Positions 58,534-64,000 of a stretch of 64,000 nucleotides of DNA are shown one piece after another. The position numbers were made by a program, and so were the translations under genes. Under the pieces are notes generated by a model. The model did not search any database. It saw nothing but the letters and a program-made list of their open reading frames with translations, and was not told the DNA's origin. The DNA lies in the sequence record MN453779.2. One strand, given 5' to 3'. Each line of letters begins with the position of its first letter. Positions within the stretch are counted from its first letter, which is position 1.

Positions 58534-61461
58534 TTATTCTTCGTCAGGAAGTTTATCCTCGGGAGCTACTTCTTCCTCATCATTTTCATTAGATGGAATT
58601 TCGTCTACCACAATGTCAGGATCAGCAGCTGGTAATTCATCTTCAGCAAATGGATCAGTATCATTACCGTCGCCACTTAAGAATGAACCTCCTCCACCCA
58701 TTGGATCTACTTGAGTTTCATCGACACCAAGTTCACTACCTTCCGGTTCATCAAACTTAGCATCTTGTTTCTCTTTCTTCTCAATGAGTTTCTTCATTTC
58801 TCTACGAGGTTTCTCTTGACCTTTGACATACTCACCAAGGAACTTAATAACGTTACATTCCAAGTTAGTGATATCATTGACCATACTCAACATACCACCG
58901 CCATCTCCATTATTAAGAATCATCTCAAATGGAGAAGGAATGTTAAAACGTTCAAACGCGTGTTGTAGTAAAGCGGCTTTAATCTGAGCAAGAAGTTCAT
59001 CAGGTTCAATATTAAGTTCCTGAGCTTTCTTCTCGATAAACTTAACACCACCACCCATTTCAATCCAAGCAGAAACAAGTTTATTAATAGATTCGATCTT
59101 ATCTTCGATCTTGTTAATAGTCTCGTTAATTGCGGGAGAAGGAAGTTCCACAAAGAAGTTATTGATAAAGTCAAGCAAGACCATTTCAACATCATCAATT
59201 TCCTGAGATTGTTCTTCAGGAGTAATAACTTCTACCCCATCTCCTTCAACGTTCTCAGGATGCTGTTCTTCTTTTTTTTTCTTCTTACCTTTCTTAGTGC
59301 CTTCCATTTCCAACTCTTGTGCTTCTTCCTTCACTTCTTCAGAATCACGTTGAGCATGAAGGGAACCAGTTTGATCGGGTTTACTATAAAGAGCCTTGTT
59401 CTCTTTAATAATGGTAATAAGATCAGTAAGAAGTGGTTCGTTACACCTAATGTGTTTCTTCATAAAGTCTGAGAAGAAACCACTAAACAAGCGAGACCAT
59501 TCAGCAGTTTGGTTACGAAGTAATTCCTGATCAGCAAGAGCTTCAATGGCAAAGTCGTTACCTTCACCAGTGTCTTCCAACCAACTACGCTTTAAGCAGA
59601 AGTAACCAGCGATAGTGTTAAGTAAACCTTCTTTACTAGACGGATCGATAGTCTTTAAAGGTTCACGGGACATCTGACTAGTTTCGATAGTAGGTGCAAT
59701 AACATGTTTGTTATCCCCAGCATCTACTTTAATAGTCAGACTCTGTTCCTTAAATCGATCCAATACAGCATCAATACTAACGTTGTTATAACCCATGATA
59801 TCGTGAAGAGTCGGGTTATTAGCGAAGTACTCATCTCGTACCAGTGCAATAGTGTTACGAGCATTGACATCTTCTTTCTCTAAACCAATACGAAGTTCAG
59901 AGTGAGAGATGGCGTTCTCGACGTTAGCTAGGATGTCGGCAGTTTCCAGAATAGCAAGACGAGTAATGTGGAGTTTAGCTTCTTCAACCAAAGAACGACC
60001 AATACCAGCATTAGAGAAGTCTACAGCTATATAAGTGACGTATTCGGCAGGAACGAATACACAACGGACACCTTGCTGTTTAAATGCACGAGATAAGAAT
60101 AGTTTCTTATTGTTTTCGCTTAGTGAAACAGTTACGGATTTCTCCAGATCACCATTAATGAAACCTTCAATGAACTCTTTCTCCAAGATAGCAGAGCTCA
60201 TTTCTACCATCCACTCCATATCAAGATTACACTCTTCACCTTGAGCAATCTGACGGATGTGATTAGCCATTTCATTAACTGAACCAAATGCTGGTCGTTG
60301 TGTTCCACCTGTGTTATAAAACTTACTATCGCTAGTAGATTTCAGGTATTCGCCGGTTTTAGGATCAACCATCAGGATATAACCAAATGGTTTACCAATC
60401 TCACCATTAACGTGAACAGGGATACAAGCTTCGCTAGGAACGTGATAAGTGACCCCTAACCCACGACCAGTACCAGTGTAGAACTTACTTTGACGAACAG
60501 AGAGATGTTCATTATAAGCAAAGTTACGATTAGGGTATAACTTACTTAATTGTTGATCTAACGATTTCTTCTCAGCAATAGCTACATTATTAGCATTAGC
60601 TTTATGGCGTGTATGTTTCTTTTTCTCAAAGACATTACCCAAAACAGTTTGCAGAGTTTCTTGACCGGCTAAACTAGCTAAACGATCTGCTCTGAGTTTC
60701 TGCTTAACTTCACCAACTTTCAATACGTTTACGTTATCAGTAAATGTCCAACCTAGTGCTTCATTGACTAAGCTATACTCAGCGCCAGCTTCAGGTAATT
60801 TACCGTACAAAGATTCAAAACCAGTTAGTTCATTAGCTGGTTTAGTTTTACGAATAAAACCGATGTTACGAACTTTGGTGTAAGTTTCATCAGCATATAC
60901 TTGACTCAGTTGAGCAGTAGCAACCGCTTTAAAACTTTCTGTACCAGCGAGCTCGTAACCATTGATGAGATGGTCCAAGGCCGAATGAGGAAGGTTTAGC
61001 AAGACATAAGAGCCAGTCCGGCACAGAACGTCTTTAATAATTTGAGCTGGCATTTCTTCAAAGGGATATTCTACTGTAAAGTAGTTTTCTACTCTTTGTA
61101 GAAGTGCATCGTGCAACTTACCATTTTTTACAGCAGAACTAGTGGTGTCATACTGTAGAATATCTTGATTACCATTTGGTTTAAGAAGTAGTGTAGTCCA
61201 GATCTGTTCAGCACGCTTGATGTAGTGTGTGACAGTGCGAAGATCATTCGCAGCTTGGATATTGCTACTGATAATTTCCGATAAACGTTTAACTTTACGA
61301 ATAGGAGCTTTAGCGCTCTCTTCTACCCGTTTTTCGCTACGGTGTTCCCTGTCTCTTACTAACAGTGATTGCAATCCTTTCTCCAAAGGAGAGGGGTTCT
61401 TTGTCCTGTTACTAAGAGCAGCGCGATCAATCGGTTTAAAACCTTTCGGTAGTCCACTCAC
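58534..61461 (-). CDS. Portal protein (phiKZ gp129-like), 975 aa
   Basis: YHVPSEACIPVHVNG and GIGRSLVEEAK segments, size, acidic C-terminus and synteny. Confidence 0.7.
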   Translation of the reverse strand: MSGLPKGFKPIDRAALSNRTKNPSPLEKGLQSLLVRDREHRSEKRVEESAKAPIRKVKRLSEIISSNIQAANDLRTVTHYIKRAEQIWTTLLLKPNGNQDILQYDTTSSAVKNGKLHDALLQRVENYFTVEYPFEEMPAQIIKDVLCRTGSYVLLNLPHSALDHLINGYELAGTESFKAVATAQLSQVYADETYTKVRNIGFIRKTKPANELTGFESLYGKLPEAGAEYSLVNEALGWTFTDNVNVLKVGEVKQKLRADRLASLAGQETLQTVLGNVFEKKKHTRHKANANNVAIAEKKSLDQQLSKLYPNRNFAYNEHLSVRQSKFYTGTGRGLGVTYHVPSEACIPVHVNGEIGKPFGYILMVDPKTGEYLKSTSDSKFYNTGGTQRPAFGSVNEMANHIRQIAQGEECNLDMEWMVEMSSAILEKEFIEGFINGDLEKSVTVSLSENNKKLFLSRAFKQQGVRCVFVPAEYVTYIAVDFSNAGIGRSLVEEAKLHITRLAILETADILANVENAISHSELRIGLEKEDVNARNTIALVRDEYFANNPTLHDIMGYNNVSIDAVLDRFKEQSLTIKVDAGDNKHVIAPTIETSQMSREPLKTIDPSSKEGLLNTIAGYFCLKRSWLEDTGEGNDFAIEALADQELLRNQTAEWSRLFSGFFSDFMKKHIRCNEPLLTDLITIIKENKALYSKPDQTGSLHAQRDSEEVKEEAQELEMEGTKKGKKKKKEEQHPENVEGDGVEVITPEEQSQEIDDVEMVLLDFINNFFVELPSPAINETINKIEDKIESINKLVSAWIEMGGGVKFIEKKAQELNIEPDELLAQIKAALLQHAFERFNIPSPFEMILNNGDGGGMLSMVNDITNLECNVIKFLGEYVKGQEKPRREMKKLIEKKEKQDAKFDEPEGSELGVDETQVDPMGGGGSFLSGDGNDTDPFAEDELPAADPDIVVDEIPSNENDEEEVAPEDKLPDEE

Positions 61462-61487
61462 GTTTATATTCTCCCTTAGGAAACATT

Positions 61488-63596
61488 ATGCTAGACAATG
61501 TAGAGTTTAACGCTTATATCCAAAAGACGATCGCATTTGCTCGTACTATTGTGATTAAGTGCGAAGATCTCGCATTGCTTGATAACCGGTTGATGGAACA
61601 GTACTACGGGATTAACTCCGGGACAGATAAGTCCAAATGGCGTTATTATCTCCACCTCAATGGCGAGTATCATAGCACTGATGAGATCATGAAAGTTCAG
61701 TCACTAGATAATGGTGACGTTATTGATTTTACAAAGGCTAATCTGGATATTCATCCAGCCACTAAACGCGCATATAGACTAGGTAGTTACTACTACACTA
61801 GACTTACGGAAAAATATCCAGCTCAGTCTAATTTGATTAACGGTATTATAAACCCGATTCCGCCTTCGGAATCCATACCAGCAAATAATTACCAAATCCT
61901 AAGATATAACAAAGATTATGTTCTTTGGAATGAGTATCAGTTGATTCCTGCTTTGCAAGAACATATTAATACCATGGTGTTGACATCTTTTAAAACTGAA
62001 TACCTGTATACAGATAACTTGATGTTAACTATTTTACTGGGTAATTTATATGCTTCACTAGTCTCAGCTATTTTGATGATAAGGGAAGAGGCAGAAGGTA
62101 CACGTTATGTGCACGAATTCCACATATGGTCAAAGTTAACAAGTCATGGCATTAGTCCGATCTATAAATCGGTACTTGATAACAAACAAACAATGTGGCT
62201 ATATCGCAATATAGATTGGGTACTTCGCAAACAAGGTAGAATCCAAACCTTTGACTCTTTAGTGGATATTATTCTTACTCACAGAAATATACCGCTAGCA
62301 AGACATGAAGCTCTACAGACCACCACTGACCAACTAGATAATTTAGTTCCTACTCCAGCGTTTATTTCTAGACCAGTCAACTTACAAAATAGACTTGGGT
62401 TATCAAGCCGGATGTTAACTGTTAGTGAGTTGATAGTTAAGGAAAACAAAGTTGCTATTGATAATGCGCAGGAAGAGTCCTACAGCATTGCAACAGCGGA
62501 GTACAACATCTCCACCGGTGTACACTCGGACATCCCTACAAAGGTGTTAGAGTCCACTATGGTGGATGCCACAGATCGTAATCCCAATACGATCATGCGT
62601 GTCCTCCATAATCACTGGATTTATTTAGCGGCTAATGATATTTATCAAATCAACCACGATTTTGTTGACTTTAGATCCGGAACGCGCTTTAAATTATCCA
62701 CTAAAGACGCCTACATTCTCTGGGCTTACTTACTAGATAGAAATAGGAAAACGACCCAAGAACATATCCCTGCTTATACTTACTTTAACGTAAGGAAGAT
62801 CCTACCTCCTAACTATCTTGTCTTAATGGGATTAGGAGATAAAGATATTCTTACTGAGGATGTTGCAAAAGACATTCTTAAAGTAACTGTTGAGTATTCA
62901 AGGATTATTTCTCCTGACGTGTTTTTCCTTAAAGCAAAAGAGATCTTTGATAAACAGTGGGATCATCGTAAACTTTATTCCAGAGTACTGAACCTTTTTA
63001 CTCACACCAGAGTTAAAAATGCGGTAGAGAGTTTATACGAAACTGGTGCTGTTAAGCTAACCAATAAAACACGGTATAAAGATTGGTTGACTAGACTAGA
63101 ACTTAACTTTGATGATTACAGTGAAGATGATTGTTTAGAATTAGCTTGGAACATCTGGAAGAAAGTGACCGGATGGGAAAATGCAGCTTTCATGACAATA
63201 GCCGATCAACAGAAACAGTTGATTAACTTGATGAAAGATCTCACCAGCTACACCGTTCAGTACATCGGTTCTACTACTGAAGGTGAGGTAGAAGGACAAA
63301 TCCAGTTAATGGATTTAGTTGATTCTGATATTTGGTCTCCTAATTCAGAAACCGGTTTAGAGTCTGATAATAAAGATCAACTTGTACTAGATGCATTAAA
63401 GGGTACCAAAGAAGCTAGTTTAACAGCTAAAGAGCATAGAGGTTCCCCAGAAGGTAATATGGTGGATCACTTAGAAATCGAATCGATTGGTTCTGGTGAT
63501 ATTCCTATTAATAGTTATTTGAAATATGTGGAAACTGAACCCGATTTCTCTCCATTCCATTTAAACGTCGGGCTAAGGCTTCGAGAAGCTGTTTAA
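61488..63596 (+). CDS. Virion structural protein (phiKZ gp128-like), 702 aa
   Basis: WRYYLHLNGEYH..D motif; divergent from the portal gene. Confidence 0.6.
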   Translation: MLDNVEFNAYIQKTIAFARTIVIKCEDLALLDNRLMEQYYGINSGTDKSKWRYYLHLNGEYHSTDEIMKVQSLDNGDVIDFTKANLDIHPATKRAYRLGSYYYTRLTEKYPAQSNLINGIINPIPPSESIPANNYQILRYNKDYVLWNEYQLIPALQEHINTMVLTSFKTEYLYTDNLMLTILLGNLYASLVSAILMIREEAEGTRYVHEFHIWSKLTSHGISPIYKSVLDNKQTMWLYRNIDWVLRKQGRIQTFDSLVDIILTHRNIPLARHEALQTTTDQLDNLVPTPAFISRPVNLQNRLGLSSRMLTVSELIVKENKVAIDNAQEESYSIATAEYNISTGVHSDIPTKVLESTMVDATDRNPNTIMRVLHNHWIYLAANDIYQINHDFVDFRSGTRFKLSTKDAYILWAYLLDRNRKTTQEHIPAYTYFNVRKILPPNYLVLMGLGDKDILTEDVAKDILKVTVEYSRIISPDVFFLKAKEIFDKQWDHRKLYSRVLNLFTHTRVKNAVESLYETGAVKLTNKTRYKDWLTRLELNFDDYSEDDCLELAWNIWKKVTGWENAAFMTIADQQKQLINLMKDLTSYTVQYIGSTTEGEVEGQIQLMDLVDSDIWSPNSETGLESDNKDQLVLDALKGTKEASLTAKEHRGSPEGNMVDHLEIESIGSGDIPINSYLKYVETEPDFSPFHLNVGLRLREAV

Positions 63597-63604
63597 GGAT
63601 AAAT

Positions 63605-63925
63605 ATGCAACGACTAAAAGACCGTTATCCTGATAGTCGTTCTTTCCATGTATTGGCTAATCAAGAACAGGAAGTTTTACTCCTACTTGATAACAGACAT
63701 GTGAAACACGAAAAGGATAACTTAGCATATCTCACTGGAATACTAGATAAAACGAATAAACCTGATTTAAATGAGCGTGATGTTGTAAGTCACGTATTTG
63801 AAAAGTATCCGTTTTTGTATTCCGAAGATATCGAAAAGATACAAGAGTTTGATAACTACTTTACGGTAAGTGTTTATCCTAATACACTTATTCACTTTGG
63901 ACAGTTTAATATCTATAAGGGTTAA
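63605..63925 (+). CDS. Putative virion protein, 106 aa
   Basis: AAGGA RBS, packed in the operon. Confidence 0.65.
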   Translation: MQRLKDRYPDSRSFHVLANQEQEVLLLLDNRHVKHEKDNLAYLTGILDKTNKPDLNERDVVSHVFEKYPFLYSEDIEKIQEFDNYFTVSVYPNTLIHFGQFNIYKG

Positions 63926-63927
63926 TC

Positions 63928-64000
63928 ATGGTAGATGTAATTGATAATGGTCGTACTAAAAGTAAACTCCCGAGTCAACTGATCTCCCCTACTGGATTTG
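63928..64000 (+). CDS. Partial CDS running off the window end
   Basis: ATG GTA GAT... gives MVDVIDNGRTKSKLPSQLISPTGF, starting 2 nt after the previous stop. Confidence 0.6.
   Translation, partial: MVDVIDNGRTKSKLPSQLISPTGF

Noticed and set aside
59272-59280. 9-nt homopolymer in the portal gene as a slippage site
   Set aside because: The frame is continuous through it and it simply encodes a Lys run; no alternative product is evident.
328-63925. Numerous 60-160-aa track ORFs nested in or antisense to long genes
   Set aside because: They fully overlap well-supported genes and lack RBS or recognisable motifs.

Overview
The window is 64 kb of an AT-rich phiKZ-like (Chimalliviridae-type, nucleus-forming) jumbo phage genome in the standard genetic code; this assignment rests on motif recognition and gene order, not a database search. 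Recognisable core genes: three non-virion RNA polymerase subunits (beta C-half, beta' C-half, beta N-half), a virion RNAP beta' subunit, an SF2 helicase with a class 3 mini-intein, the exonuclease/motif-A half of a split family B DNA polymerase, a DnaB-like helicase, the major capsid protein, the portal and a long cluster of head/baseplate proteins with GxE protease-cleavage motifs. No rRNA, tRNA or CRISPR array was seen. The main unexplained signals are: (1) a likely programmed -1 frameshift (T TTT TTC, 15234-15240) fusing a 544-aa gene to a downstream ORF without an RBS, resembling a G/GT tail chaperone; (2) two cassettes in which a shared 52-bp promoter repeat drives a small Gly/Ala-rich hydrophobic protein; (3) consecutive early genes with unrelated bodies but a shared C-terminal L[ST]xEQxxx[LF]L module; (4) a paralogous HNH family (three genes, four modules, two apparently inactive) with an unusual shared N-terminal domain, next to the vRNAP and DNA polymerase genes; (5) a six-copy 34-bp early promoter, an ATGTTATG late-promoter motif and a family of related intergenic hairpins.
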